A stretch of 64,000 nucleotides of DNA from Rhodoferax sp. (GTDB lineage Bacteria; Pseudomonadota; Gammaproteobacteria; Burkholderiales; Burkholderiaceae_C). The notes below the pieces were generated by a model, which saw only the letters and a list, made by a program, of their open reading frames with translations, was not told the origin of the DNA and searched no databases. Positions 53,504 to 63,054 of the stretch are shown piece after piece. The stretch is from assembly GCA_044346035.1 (NCBI GenBank), contig JBIIZY010000001.1, forward strand, positions 2,499-66,498. The letters run 5' to 3'. The translations under genes were made by a program, and so were the position numbers. Each line of letters begins with the position of its first letter. Position 1 is the first letter of the stretch.

Positions 53504-54289
53504 CTATGTGGCAACTGGCTGGTTCCCCAGCAACATCTCGCGCACTGCGGTTAACTGGCGGCGCGACACCACCAAGGGTGTATCGGCGCCCTCCAGCGTG
53601 AGCGCCCAGCCGTCCCCTTCTTGCGGGTCGTGGTGGCGCTGCAAGCTGCGGGCCGCACGCCTGGCCACCAAGGCGTTGCGGTGGATGCGAATGAAGGCGT
53701 CAGCGTAGCGCGCCTCCAGTTCGCCCAGCGAGCCTTCGATGACGTAGCTGCGGGTTGCGGTGCGCACCGTGATGTACTTGAGCTCCGCCTTGAAGTACAG
53801 CACCTCGCCCAGTGGCACCCGCTCGGTGCGGCTGCGGTCCTGAATCACCAACACCGCGGCATCGTTGCCTGGTTCGGGTGCGGATTGGCGGCGCTGCAGA
53901 AAGCGCTGCGCCTTGTGTAAGGCGGCTTGCAGCCGCTCTTGGCGCACCGGTTTGGTCAGGTAGTCCACCGCATCGAGCTCAAAGGCATCTACCGCGTGCT
54001 CGGCATAGGCAGTGACAAACACCACCGCGGGTGGGTTGTGCAGCTGCGCCATTTGCCGGGCCAGCGCCAGGCCATCGCCACCGGGCATGTGGATGTCCAA
54101 CAACACCGCGTCGATGGGCTGCTGCTGCAAACAGACCATCGCAGCGGCCGCGGTGTCAGCCTGGGCCAGCGGCTGCGCGTACGGATTGCTGCACGCCTGC
54201 AACTGGTTGCACAGCCGCATGCGTGCAAGCGGCTCGTCGTCAACCACCAGCACCCGCAGGGCGCGGTCTGCGTCCAGCGATTCAGTCAC
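53504..54289 (-). CDS. LytR/AlgR-family response regulator (receiver plus LytTR DNA-binding domain)
   Basis: GTG 54289 overlaps the kinase stop (GTGA). VLVVDDEPLARMRL and LLDIHMPGGDG receiver motifs; LytTR C-terminus (VLYFKAELKYITVRT...IRIHRNALV). The 565-aa track ORF is an artefactual 5' extension. Confidence 0.85.
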   Translation of the reverse strand: MTESLDADRALRVLVVDDEPLARMRLCNQLQACSNPYAQPLAQADTAAAAMVCLQQQPIDAVLLDIHMPGGDGLALARQMAQLHNPPAVVFVTAYAEHAVDAFELDAVDYLTKPVRQERLQAALHKAQRFLQRRQSAPEPGNDAAVLVIQDRSRTERVPLGEVLYFKAELKYITVRTATRSYVIEGSLGELEARYADAFIRIHRNALVARRAARSLQRHHDPQEGDGWALTLEGADTPLVVSRRQLTAVREMLLGNQPVAT

Positions 54290-55323
54290 AGCGGGATCTC
54301 CACGCGAACCTGGAACACGCCGTCCTTCAAGCCGCTGGAAAACTGGCCCTGCACATCGTGCAGCAAGCCCAAACGCGCGCGCACATTGCGCAATGCCACG
54401 CCGGCACCGCCCGTGCCTGGCCCGGCTGGCACCGTGTTCGAAACAGTCACCACCACCACCGACCTGCCGCGCTCCACGGTGATGGCCAAGTCCGCACCAG
54501 AGGCACTGGGCTCCACCCCGTGGCGCACTGCGTTCTCCACCAGCGGTTGCAGCAGCAGCGGTGGAACCCGGGCAGCGCCGCAATCTGAATCCAGTTGCCA
54601 GCGCACCCGCAAACGCGCACCAAACCGCACCTGCTCGATCGCCAGGTAGCGTTGGGCCAACGCAATTTCCTGCTCCAGGCTTACGGATGCGCCCTGGTCC
54701 ATCAGCGCGTGGCGAAACAAATCGCTTAAATCTTCCAGCAACAGCTCCGCCTTGCGCGGCTCGGCGCGCACCAGCGCAATCGCCGTGTTGAGGGTGTTGA
54801 ACAAAAAGTGGGGGCGTATGCGCGACTGCAACTCGGCCAGCCGGGCGTCGGTATCCGCCACAAACCGGCTGCGCACGCGCAGCACCAAGGTAGCCACCAC
54901 CGGCGCTGATAGCAGGCCACCCGCGCAGGCACTGGCCAACCACGGCGCTGGCGGTCCGCCCTGGGAAAAAACCACCATCGCGCAGGCCAACACCCCCGCC
55001 ACGGCGCCCAAGGCCACCGCCACAGCAGACTGCCCCAGCGTGCCAAGGCCCGCCAGTGTGGGATGGAGCAGGCACAGCACCAGCAGCCAAGCCAGCGTGG
55101 CAGGCAAGGCACCGCCTGTGACCTGGGCCGTGCGCAGCAGCCAATCCTCGAAGTGCACCGCACCAAATATGCAGGCCACGCCCACCACGCACTGCGCCCA
55201 TACGACGGTACGCAACACGGTGCCCAACTGGCAGACGTCCAACACCGGCAAAGCGCGGCCAGAAGCCCCCGCCCCAGCGGCTGGCGCGTCTTGGAAAACC
55301 GATACCATTCGGGCGTTTTTCAT
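54286..55323 (-). CDS. LytS/AlgZ(FimS)-type sensor histidine kinase
   Basis: ATG 55323 (MKNARMV...). About four TM helices, then the His_kinase PF06580-type motif RPHFLFNTLNTAIAL and N-box LQPLVENAVRHG. Confidence 0.8.
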   Translation of the reverse strand: MKNARMVSVFQDAPAAGAGASGRALPVLDVCQLGTVLRTVVWAQCVVGVACIFGAVHFEDWLLRTAQVTGGALPATLAWLLVLCLLHPTLAGLGTLGQSAVAVALGAVAGVLACAMVVFSQGGPPAPWLASACAGGLLSAPVVATLVLRVRSRFVADTDARLAELQSRIRPHFLFNTLNTAIALVRAEPRKAELLLEDLSDLFRHALMDQGASVSLEQEIALAQRYLAIEQVRFGARLRVRWQLDSDCGAARVPPLLLQPLVENAVRHGVEPSASGADLAITVERGRSVVVVTVSNTVPAGPGTGGAGVALRNVRARLGLLHDVQGQFSSGLKDGVFQVRVEIPL

Positions 55324-55404
55324 GGCGGAGTGTGTTGTGATGTTTTTACCCGATTGTGGCGCTGGGCTGTGGCGGTGAGCGCAACTTGCCACCCCGGTGT
55401 CGAC

Positions 55405-57063
55405 GTGCCGCCAGCGGCGCGCTCGCGGTCGGGCAAGGTGCTGCGGGCGCTGGCCTTGTTGGTGCTGCTGGTGCAGGTGTTGGGGCTGGGGTTTGCTGCT
55501 TCGGCGCACGCACAAGACGGCGGGTGGCGGATACAAAACGTAACCACCCGGACTGGCCCGGCCGGCCGTGTCGCAACCGTCAGCCTGTCTATCGCCGTGC
55601 CCCGGGAGGTGGCCGCGCGCCACATCCTGCTGTACGTCTCGAGCTTCAATGCACCGCAGATTACGCCAAACCCAAGGGTCGGCCGCATCGCCCCCGTGCT
55701 GCCGTGGTCGCGGGTCGCGCCGCTTCTCAACACCCACGGCGTGGTGATGGTGACCGCCGATATTCCCAGTGATGCCAACCGGCGCAGCGTTGCAGAGCGC
55801 CCCTTGCCCGAGGTCACCGCCGATATCCGCGCGGTAATGTTGCAACTGGAGCAGGACTTTCCTGGGCTGCCCATTCACCTTGCGGGCTTCGGACAGGACG
55901 CGGGTGAGCTGGTGCTGCTAAGCCAAAAGCTACCCACAGTTGGACGGATGGTGTTTGTCAACGCAGACTTTCGCAACTACCGCGCCTTCGACTGGTCGGC
56001 ACTCAATCGGCCGGTCATGGTGCTGCAAGCGCCGGGTTCGCAGTGCGATTACGTGTCCTACACCGATGCGGCCATGGTGGCGCAACGCAACGGTTTTCGG
56101 CTGGTGCAGGCCGGCTACCCGCGCGCCGAGCGCAACAACGTGTGCGGGCGTGGCAGCCAAAACACGCTAGAAGGGCTCGAAGCGCAGACCGCCCAAGTGA
56201 TAGCGCAGTGGCTCGACGGCCAAGAGCCCCCCAGTGCCATCGGCCATTCCCCTGCCGCACTGGCTTGGCGCGAGCAGGTGATGCGCTACAACGTGCCCGA
56301 GTCCTTGGGGGCGCAGACGCGAGAAATTTCTATCTTGTACCCCGAGGGTCCAGGCCCGTTTCCGGTGACGGTTTTCAACCACGGCGATGTGCTTATCGAG
56401 CACCCCCAGGTGCGCTATCGCCAGCGCATGGTGGACATGGTGGTGGCCCGCGAGTTCTTGCAAGTCGGCTGGGCGGTTGCGTTTCCAGCCCGCCGCGGCG
56501 TCGGCTTGTCTGACGGCGTGTACACCTATGAAAATGTGCTGGACGACTTCAATCCTACGTACAAGGCGCAGGTGCACGCCAAAGAGATCCTGCCTGTGTT
56601 GGACTTCTTGAAACAGCTCCCACTCCTTGACACCAGCCGGGTGGTGCTTAGCGGGCAGTCCGCTGGCGGCTATGCGGTAATGCAAATGGCCACCCAGAAC
56701 CTGCCGGGGGTGATTGGCCTGGTTAACTTCTCAGGCGGACGCACCGACGTACGGGGCATCGACGGCAAGGCAACTGCGGGTTACGTGCACGAAAAAATGG
56801 TCAATGGATTTGCTGAGTTTGGCAAAGCAACTCCCATTCACACACTCTGGATATTTGCCGAGAACGACAGCCGCTACTCGGCGGCCACCGTGCGCGCAGC
56901 ACACAAAGCATTCACTGACGCGGGTGGCAAGGCCACCTTGCTGCTGTACTCTTCTTTGGAGCCTATGGACGGCCACTTCATTTACCAGTTACCGCAGCTC
57001 TGGCGGGGCATTCTGCAGAGTTATCTGCGTGCCATCCAAGCGCCCAAAACCACCGGTCAATGA
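55405..57063 (+). CDS. secreted two-domain alpha/beta-hydrolase (C-terminal dienelactone-hydrolase/S9-like domain)
   Basis: Signal peptide ...[29 protein letters not shown]-domain has nucleophile elbow GQSAGG plus ENDSRY and DGHF. N-domain has the equivalent elbow as GFGQDAG. Start uncertain (GTG 55405 or 55438). Confidence 0.65.
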   Translation: MPPAARSRSGKVLRALALLVLLVQVLGLGFAASAHAQDGGWRIQNVTTRTGPAGRVATVSLSIAVPREVAARHILLYVSSFNAPQITPNPRVGRIAPVLPWSRVAPLLNTHGVVMVTADIPSDANRRSVAERPLPEVTADIRAVMLQLEQDFPGLPIHLAGFGQDAGELVLLSQKLPTVGRMVFVNADFRNYRAFDWSALNRPVMVLQAPGSQCDYVSYTDAAMVAQRNGFRLVQAGYPRAERNNVCGRGSQNTLEGLEAQTAQVIAQWLDGQEPPSAIGHSPAALAWREQVMRYNVPESLGAQTREISILYPEGPGPFPVTVFNHGDVLIEHPQVRYRQRMVDMVVAREFLQVGWAVAFPARRGVGLSDGVYTYENVLDDFNPTYKAQVHAKEILPVLDFLKQLPLLDTSRVVLSGQSAGGYAVMQMATQNLPGVIGLVNFSGGRTDVRGIDGKATAGYVHEKMVNGFAEFGKATPIHTLWIFAENDSRYSAATVRAAHKAFTDAGGKATLLLYSSLEPMDGHFIYQLPQLWRGILQSYLRAIQAPKTTGQ

Positions 57064-57115
57064 CCACACAAGCAACGCCCATGGACCTCCCAACGGACGG
57101 CACAACGCACTCCCA

Positions 57116-58543
57116 ATGACACACCCAAGCAACCAATTCGACAAAAAATCCGAGGCGTGGTCTGCGCTTTTTTCAGAGCCCATGAGCGACCTGGTCAAGC
57201 GCTACACCTCCAGCGTGTTCTTTGACAAACGACTGTGGCAGGCCGACATCACCGGCAGCCTGGCCCATGCGGCCATGCTGGCGCACCAAGGCATCATCAG
57301 CGCGGCCGACCACCAGTCCATCCAAACCGGCATGGCCACCGTGTGGCAGGAGATTGAATCGGGCCAGTTTGAATGGAAGCTCGACCTCGAAGATGTGCAC
57401 CTCAACATCGAAGCGCGCCTGACCCAATTGGTGGGCGACGCAGGCAAGCGCCTGCACACAGGGCGCAGCCGAAACGACCAGGTCGCCACCGATGTGCGGC
57501 TGTGGCTGCGCGGAGAAATCGATCTAATTGGCGAGCTACTGACCGATGTGCAAAACGCACTGCTAACCATTGCAGAGAAAAACGCCGAGGTCATCCTGCC
57601 CGGGTTTACCCACCTGCAAGTGGCGCAACCGGTGAGCTTTGGCCACCACCTGCTGGCCTATGTGGAGATGTTCAGCCGTGATGCTGAGCGATTGCATGAC
57701 CTGCGTGTGCGCGTCAACCGCCTGCCACTGGGCGCTGCCGCGTTGGCCGGCACCAGCTACCCGCTCGACCGCGAGATGGTGGCCAAGACCTTGGGCATGG
57801 TCGACGCGCAGGGCCAGCCGGCCGTCTGCCAAAACAGCCTGGACGCGGTGAGCGACCGCGACTTTGCCATCGAGTTCACCGCGGCGGCAACGCTGGCCAT
57901 GGTGCACATCAGCCGCTTGTCGGAGGAGCTGATTTTGTGGATGAGCCAGAGCTTTGGTTTCATCGACCTCGCCGACCGCTTCTGCACCGGTTCGAGCATC
58001 ATGCCGCAGAAGAAAAACCCCGATGTACCCGAACTCGCGCGTGGCAAAACCGGCCGTGTGGTGGGCCACCTGGTGGGCCTGATCACGCTGATGAAGGGCC
58101 AGCCTTTGGCCTACAACAAAGACAACCAAGAAGACAAAGAGCCGCTGTTCGATACCGTGGACACCCTCAAGGACACGCTTCGGATTTTTGCCGAGCTGGT
58201 GGGCGGCATCACCGTCAAGCCCGAGGCCATGGAGCGCGCCGCGCGCAAGGGCTACGCCACCGCAACCGACCTGGCCGACTACCTGGTCAAAAAGGGGCTG
58301 GCATTTCGCGATGCCCACGAGGTCGTGGCCCACGCGGTCAAGACCGCCATCCAAAAGGGCGTGGACTTGTCGGAGCTGCCGCTGGCTGAACTGCAGCAAT
58401 TCCACCCGCAGATTGAAGCCGACGTGTTTGACTGCCTGAGCCTGCGCGGATCGCTCAATGCACGCAACACCTTGGGCGGAACCGCGCCAAACCAAGTGCG
58501 TTTGCAAATTGCCCGCCACCGCCAGCGCTTGGCGAAGGCGTAA
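57116..58543 (+). CDS. argH: argininosuccinate lyase
   Basis: GRSRNDQV and [12 protein letters not shown] signatures. ATG 57116. Confidence 0.95.
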   Translation: MTHPSNQFDKKSEAWSALFSEPMSDLVKRYTSSVFFDKRLWQADITGSLAHAAMLAHQGIISAADHQSIQTGMATVWQEIESGQFEWKLDLEDVHLNIEARLTQLVGDAGKRLHTGRSRNDQVATDVRLWLRGEIDLIGELLTDVQNALLTIAEKNAEVILPGFTHLQVAQPVSFGHHLLAYVEMFSRDAERLHDLRVRVNRLPLGAAALAGTSYPLDREMVAKTLGMVDAQGQPAVCQNSLDAVSDRDFAIEFTAAATLAMVHISRLSEELILWMSQSFGFIDLADRFCTGSSIMPQKKNPDVPELARGKTGRVVGHLVGLITLMKGQPLAYNKDNQEDKEPLFDTVDTLKDTLRIFAELVGGITVKPEAMERAARKGYATATDLADYLVKKGLAFRDAHEVVAHAVKTAIQKGVDLSELPLAELQQFHPQIEADVFDCLSLRGSLNARNTLGGTAPNQVRLQIARHRQRLAKA

Positions 58544-58569
58544 AGCCAGCGTCTGCCGGGCGGCGCGGC

Positions 58570-58947
58570 TTAGGGCGCAACCGGCTTCACGCCCACCGCG
58601 AAGTACTCGGTTTCGCCAAAGCAGCTGGTAGGTATGCCCTTGTGCTGCTCGTAGGTGATGGACACCTTGGTGCCGATGGCCGCGTTGATGGCGCGGTAGG
58701 CCTCGGGGTCGCGCACTGAGAACAAAAACTTCTCGGGCGTGGTGCCAGGAATGGAGACCAAGGTGAGCTCGCCCTCCCAGGTCTTGCAGATCCAGCCCTT
58801 CTCCGAGATTTTTTGCAAAAAGCCAGCGCGCTCGCCGGTGGAGTAGCTCCAGTTCAGGGTGAAGGCGGTGTAGCCCGCAAACAGCAGCACCAGCAGCAAA
58901 ACCAACACGCCAAGATTGCGCAACACACGACCGGGGGTAACCGCCAT
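58570..58947 (-). CDS. hypothetical N-terminally membrane-anchored small protein
   Basis: 125 aa from ATG 58947 (MAVTPGRVLRNLGVLVLLLVLLFAGY...), one TM then a soluble domain. No family recognised. Confidence 0.5.
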   Translation of the reverse strand: MAVTPGRVLRNLGVLVLLLVLLFAGYTAFTLNWSYSTGERAGFLQKISEKGWICKTWEGELTLVSIPGTTPEKFLFSVRDPEAYRAINAAIGTKVSITYEQHKGIPTSCFGETEYFAVGVKPVAP

Positions 58948-59057
58948 ACCGAACTCCTTTGCTTGACCTCGGTCGATAGTAACCGTTGGAGATGACTGGG
59001 CTGCACTGCCCCAGCACGTTGCGCGGGTAGCCCGCGCCGTGCCGACTCGGCGTGGGC

Positions 59058-59672
59058 CTAGCCGGCGTCGCGCATGGCCTGCGCCAGTGCCACATCGCCT
59101 TGGCGTGCCAGGGTGTCGGCCGCGTTCAGGCGGTCTTGCAACTCGCGGTTCTGGCTGAGCTTGGCCTTGCCCTCCATGCGGACGATCTGGATCTCGATAC
59201 CGACGATGGCCTTGAGCATGCCGTCGATGTACTCGGGGGCCGAGTCCCCCATCTTCCAAGGCTTGGGCTCAGACGCTTCGTGCTTGCGCGTCAAGCGGCC
59301 CACCACACCGCGCACAAACTTTTCGGTGTCCTGCACCACCATGCGCCCATGGACGTGCACCACCTCGTAGTTCCAGGTCGGCACCTGCCGGTGCGACACA
59401 TGTTTGCTGGGGTACCAATTGGGTGAGATGTACGCCGCCTCCCCGCGAAACACCACCAACACGTCGCAGCCCGCACCGCACTGCTGCCACACTGGATTGG
59501 CCCGCGCCACGTGGGCCGTCAGCACGCCGTGCGCAGCGTCGAGCTCAAACGGGATGTGGTTGGCATCCAAGCCGTGGGGACCTTGCGTGACCAGACAGCC
59601 CAGCGGATGCGTCTGAATGATGCGGTGCAAGGCATCGGTGTTTTTGATGGAGAAGTGGTCGGGGATGTACAT
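59058..59672 (-). CDS. PaiB-family FMN-binding transcriptional regulator
   Basis: MYIPDHFSIKNTDALHRIIQTHPLGCLV... typical PaiB N-terminus, 204 aa. Confidence 0.8.
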   Translation of the reverse strand: MYIPDHFSIKNTDALHRIIQTHPLGCLVTQGPHGLDANHIPFELDAAHGVLTAHVARANPVWQQCGAGCDVLVVFRGEAAYISPNWYPSKHVSHRQVPTWNYEVVHVHGRMVVQDTEKFVRGVVGRLTRKHEASEPKPWKMGDSAPEYIDGMLKAIVGIEIQIVRMEGKAKLSQNRELQDRLNAADTLARQGDVALAQAMRDAG

Positions 59673-59703
59673 CGCGTGCTCAGGTATGAAGATGACGAAG
59701 CAA

Positions 59704-59724
59704 CAAAAAAACAGCGGCCCGCCA
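59704..59724 (-). terminator. possible weak terminator after dctP
   Basis: Minus strand short GC hairpin (GCGGGCCGC region) followed by TGTTTTTTT. Confidence 0.3.
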
Positions 59725-59750
59725 CACTCTATCAGCCGACTTTCCTCTGC

Positions 59751-60779
59751 TTACTTGGCAAGGGAGTGCTTGGCGATCAGGGCCTTGGCGTCTTCCAGCA
59801 TCTTGGTTCCATTCAGGCCTTTGCCATTCATCTCGGCCACCCAATCGCTTGAAAGCTTGCTGCCGAGCTGCTTCCACCGTGCCAACTCGGATGCGGGAAT
59901 CACGTTGATGGCGGCCTTGTTGATGAGCTTCTTGCCCTCTGCATCGGCTAGAAGGTATGCGCGCCCCGCCGCACCCGACAGCGCCTGGCCGGAGTTGGCA
60001 TCAATCACCTTCTTCAAGTCGGCGGGCAGGGCGTCGTATTTGGCCTTGTTCATCGCGAAGACGAAGGTCGATGTGTACAACGCAGGCTCGGTGGGGTCGG
60101 TCTCGGAATGAAACTTCACCAACTCCTGAATCTTGATCGCCGGAACCACCTCGTACGGGACAACAGCGCCGTCGATCAAGCCTTTGGACAAGGCGTCACC
60201 CACCTGCGGCACAGGCATGCTTACCGGCGTCGCGCCGAGCATCGCAATGAATTTGTTGGTCATGCGGGTCGGCGCGCGCAGCTTCAAGCCGCGCAAGTCG
60301 GCCATGGTCCTTACCGGCGTGCTGGTCATGTGAAAGACGCCATCGCCGTGTACGTGAAAGGCCAGCGGTTTGACATCCTTGAACTCGTTGGCACTGTGCA
60401 GCTGCACGTAGTCCCACAGGGCCTTGGAGGTGGCTTCTGGGTTTTGCATCATGAAAGGCAACTCGAAGGCCTCCAAGCTGGGGAAGCGCCCGGCGGTGTA
60501 TCCCGGCAAGGTCCAGACGATGTCGGCCACGCCCTCGCGCACCTGCTCAAACAGCTGCGGCGGACTGCCACCGAGTTGCATTGAAGGGTAGATCTGGCAC
60601 TTGAGCCGGTTGGCCGACTCTTTGGCCACCTTGTCGCACCAAGGCGTGATCAGCAGCGTGTTGGCAAACGAGCTGGCGGGCAGGAAGAAGTGCACCTTCA
60701 GGGTCACTTCTTGCGCCACTGCTGCAGTCGTGGCCGCCAAGGCCAGGGCGAGCGCGGTAAGGGTGTTGCGCATTTTCAT
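59751..60779 (-). CDS. dctP: TRAP transporter substrate-binding protein
   Basis: Signal peptide MKMRNTLTALALALAATTAAVAQ and DctP-family body. Downstream of dctQ and dctM. Confidence 0.9.
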   Translation of the reverse strand: MKMRNTLTALALALAATTAAVAQEVTLKVHFFLPASSFANTLLITPWCDKVAKESANRLKCQIYPSMQLGGSPPQLFEQVREGVADIVWTLPGYTAGRFPSLEAFELPFMMQNPEATSKALWDYVQLHSANEFKDVKPLAFHVHGDGVFHMTSTPVRTMADLRGLKLRAPTRMTNKFIAMLGATPVSMPVPQVGDALSKGLIDGAVVPYEVVPAIKIQELVKFHSETDPTEPALYTSTFVFAMNKAKYDALPADLKKVIDANSGQALSGAAGRAYLLADAEGKKLINKAAINVIPASELARWKQLGSKLSSDWVAEMNGKGLNGTKMLEDAKALIAKHSLAK

Positions 60780-60798
60780 GGGGAATCTCCTTGTGGTT

Positions 60799-62121
60799 TC
60801 AAGTCAAAGAATGCACCAGCCATAAGGCCAGCGACGGGAAGATGATCAGCAGCGTCAAGCGGATGCCGTCGGTGATGAGGAAGGGCACGACGCCCTGGTA
60901 GGTCTCGACCATCGGCACGTCGCGGGCCAGGCCGTTCATGATGTAGACGTTCAGGCCCACGGGTGGAAAGATCATGCCGATCGCGCAGACGGTAAGTACC
61001 AGCGTGCCAAACCACAAGGCCTTGTCTGTGGACCCGAGCCCGAAAAAGTCCAGGCCCATGATCACCGGAAAGAGTGTGGGAACGGTCAGCAGGATCATGC
61101 TCATCTCGTCCATCACACACCCCAGGACGATGTAGAACACCATGACGCCTGCCATGATCAGCAGCGGCGAGATCTGCAAGTGTCCAACGATGTCAGCCAA
61201 CTGGGCCGGCAGTTGCGACAGCGCCAGTGCGGCATTGATCATGTCGGCGCCGATGAAGATCAGAAAAATCATCCCGCTGGTCTGGGCGGTGCTGCGCACT
61301 GCGTTCACCAACTTGCTCCAGTTGATCTCACGGCGCAACAAGGTGATAACGAGGGTGAGCACCACCCCAATGGCAGCACCTTCGGTGGCGGTAAACATGC
61401 CCCCATAGATGCCACCAAAAACGACGCCGAAGATGACCACCACGGGCCATACGTTGAGCGCGGTCTGGACCAACTCTCCCGCACTGGACGGCTTGGCCAC
61501 TGGAGCGTCGCCAGGGTGCAGCCGCACGGTCACGGCGATGGCAATCAGGTACCCCATGGCGGCCAGCATGGCCGGTACATAGGCGGCCAGGAACATCTTG
61601 GTGATGTTCTGTTCGGTCAGGATCGCATAGACCACCAGCGTGACCGACGGCGGCAACAATACGCCCATGGTGCCCCCGGTGGCCAGCGCAGCGGTCGCAA
61701 GGCGCCCGGAGTAGCCGATACGACGCATTTGCGGGTAGGCCACCTGGGCGATGGTAGCGGTGGTGGCAACCGTCGAACCCGAAATAGAACCAAATGCCGC
61801 GCAGGCAAGCACCCCTGCCATCGCCATGCCGCCGCGAAAGCGACCCAGCAATGCGTTGGCGAAGTCGAACAAAGCCTTGGCCAAACCGCCCTGGACGGCC
61901 AGTGCGCCCATCAGCATGAACAAGGGAATGACCGACAAGTCGTACACCGATAACCGGCCGTACACAGCGCCTTTGAGGTGCGCCAACAACGGCAGCCAAC
62001 CTGACAGCAGCACATAGCCGAGCGCACCTGGCAAGAACATCGCCATGGCAATCGGCACGCGAACCGCCATCAAGACCAACATGGCACCGAACATCAGCAG
62101 GCCGATCGACATGGTGCTCAC
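60799..62121 (-). CDS. dctM: TRAP transporter large permease
   Basis: 440 aa polytopic, DctM family. Confidence 0.92.
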   Translation of the reverse strand: MSTMSIGLLMFGAMLVLMAVRVPIAMAMFLPGALGYVLLSGWLPLLAHLKGAVYGRLSVYDLSVIPLFMLMGALAVQGGLAKALFDFANALLGRFRGGMAMAGVLACAAFGSISGSTVATTATIAQVAYPQMRRIGYSGRLATAALATGGTMGVLLPPSVTLVVYAILTEQNITKMFLAAYVPAMLAAMGYLIAIAVTVRLHPGDAPVAKPSSAGELVQTALNVWPVVVIFGVVFGGIYGGMFTATEGAAIGVVLTLVITLLRREINWSKLVNAVRSTAQTSGMIFLIFIGADMINAALALSQLPAQLADIVGHLQISPLLIMAGVMVFYIVLGCVMDEMSMILLTVPTLFPVIMGLDFFGLGSTDKALWFGTLVLTVCAIGMIFPPVGLNVYIMNGLARDVPMVETYQGVVPFLITDGIRLTLLIIFPSLALWLVHSLT

Positions 62122-62639
62122 ACGTGCACTCCAGCCCTACCGGCGGCCATGCGGGTGAGCTGCACCACGCCAATCAGCACGCACAGGCCAAGCCCCGGCA
62201 GCATCAGCAAGTAGGGCAGCCACAGCGGCAAGTCCATCAGCATGGAGCGCTCGCCTGCTGCGTGGATGTCAACGCAACCCACCGCCACCCGCCAACACAC
62301 CAGTGCCATGACGGCCGTATAAATCACGATGCCTGCGGCATCCATCCGCGCCCGCGCCCGCGCAGAGGTGCCGGTGGTGAAAAAGTCCACGATGACGTTG
62401 GCGCGGCAGTATTGGGTGTACGGCAAAAAGGCGGCCACCACCACCGCACCGCCGAGCTGCACCAGCTCTACATCGCCCAGGATTGGGTGCATGAAAAATG
62501 CGCGGCCGATGACGCTGGTCGCGGTCATGAGCGCGATCGACAGCAGCACCAAAGCACCCATGGCCGCACTGATGTCGCACAAGCTTGCGAGCCAGTCTTG
62601 TGGCGGGGCGGCGTTCGGGGATGGATCAGACAGGGTCAT
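62118..62639 (-). CDS. dctQ: TRAP transporter small permease
   Basis: 173 aa, four hydrophobic helices. 4-nt overlap with dctM. Confidence 0.8.
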   Translation of the reverse strand: MTLSDPSPNAAPPQDWLASLCDISAAMGALVLLSIALMTATSVIGRAFFMHPILGDVELVQLGGAVVVAAFLPYTQYCRANVIVDFFTTGTSARARARMDAAGIVIYTAVMALVCWRVAVGCVDIHAAGERSMLMDLPLWLPYLLMLPGLGLCVLIGVVQLTRMAAGRAGVHV

Positions 62640-63054
62640 TTGCCTGCACGCTGTGCTCGGGGCGGATCAGTCGATGTAAGGAAAGCCGACAGCGGCCAAA
62701 GTAACTAGCATAGCGGCGCACGCCACCGCAATGTTGCCCGTGGCCAAGGTCGCTTGGACGGTGTCCGTGCTGGCGCTGCAGTCTGCGGTGATCGCGGCCC
62801 CCACGATGTCACCGGGCTGAACTTGCGTTGCGCAGGCAGACGCTAACCCGTTTGGCGGGGACCGCTTTGGTGGCCATTGAGGAGATTCCGCAAAACGTGC
62901 TGGTGTGCGCCATGGTGTGTTTGGACTTGACCCGTTTCCACGGACAGTTTGAGCTTGTGCATTGAAGCCCGTGGATTATCTGGATTTCGTTGTTACCACT
63001 TGTTTTTTGGTGGCTCCTCCCAAAAGAAATGGGTGGCTAGTAGCTCAGTCCTGA

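Noticed and set aside
54290-55201. N-terminal 300 residues of the 565-aa minus-strand ORF ending at 53504
   Set aside because: It is out of frame relative to the well-supported sensor kinase. The response-regulator homology starts at GTG 54289, overlapping the kinase stop.
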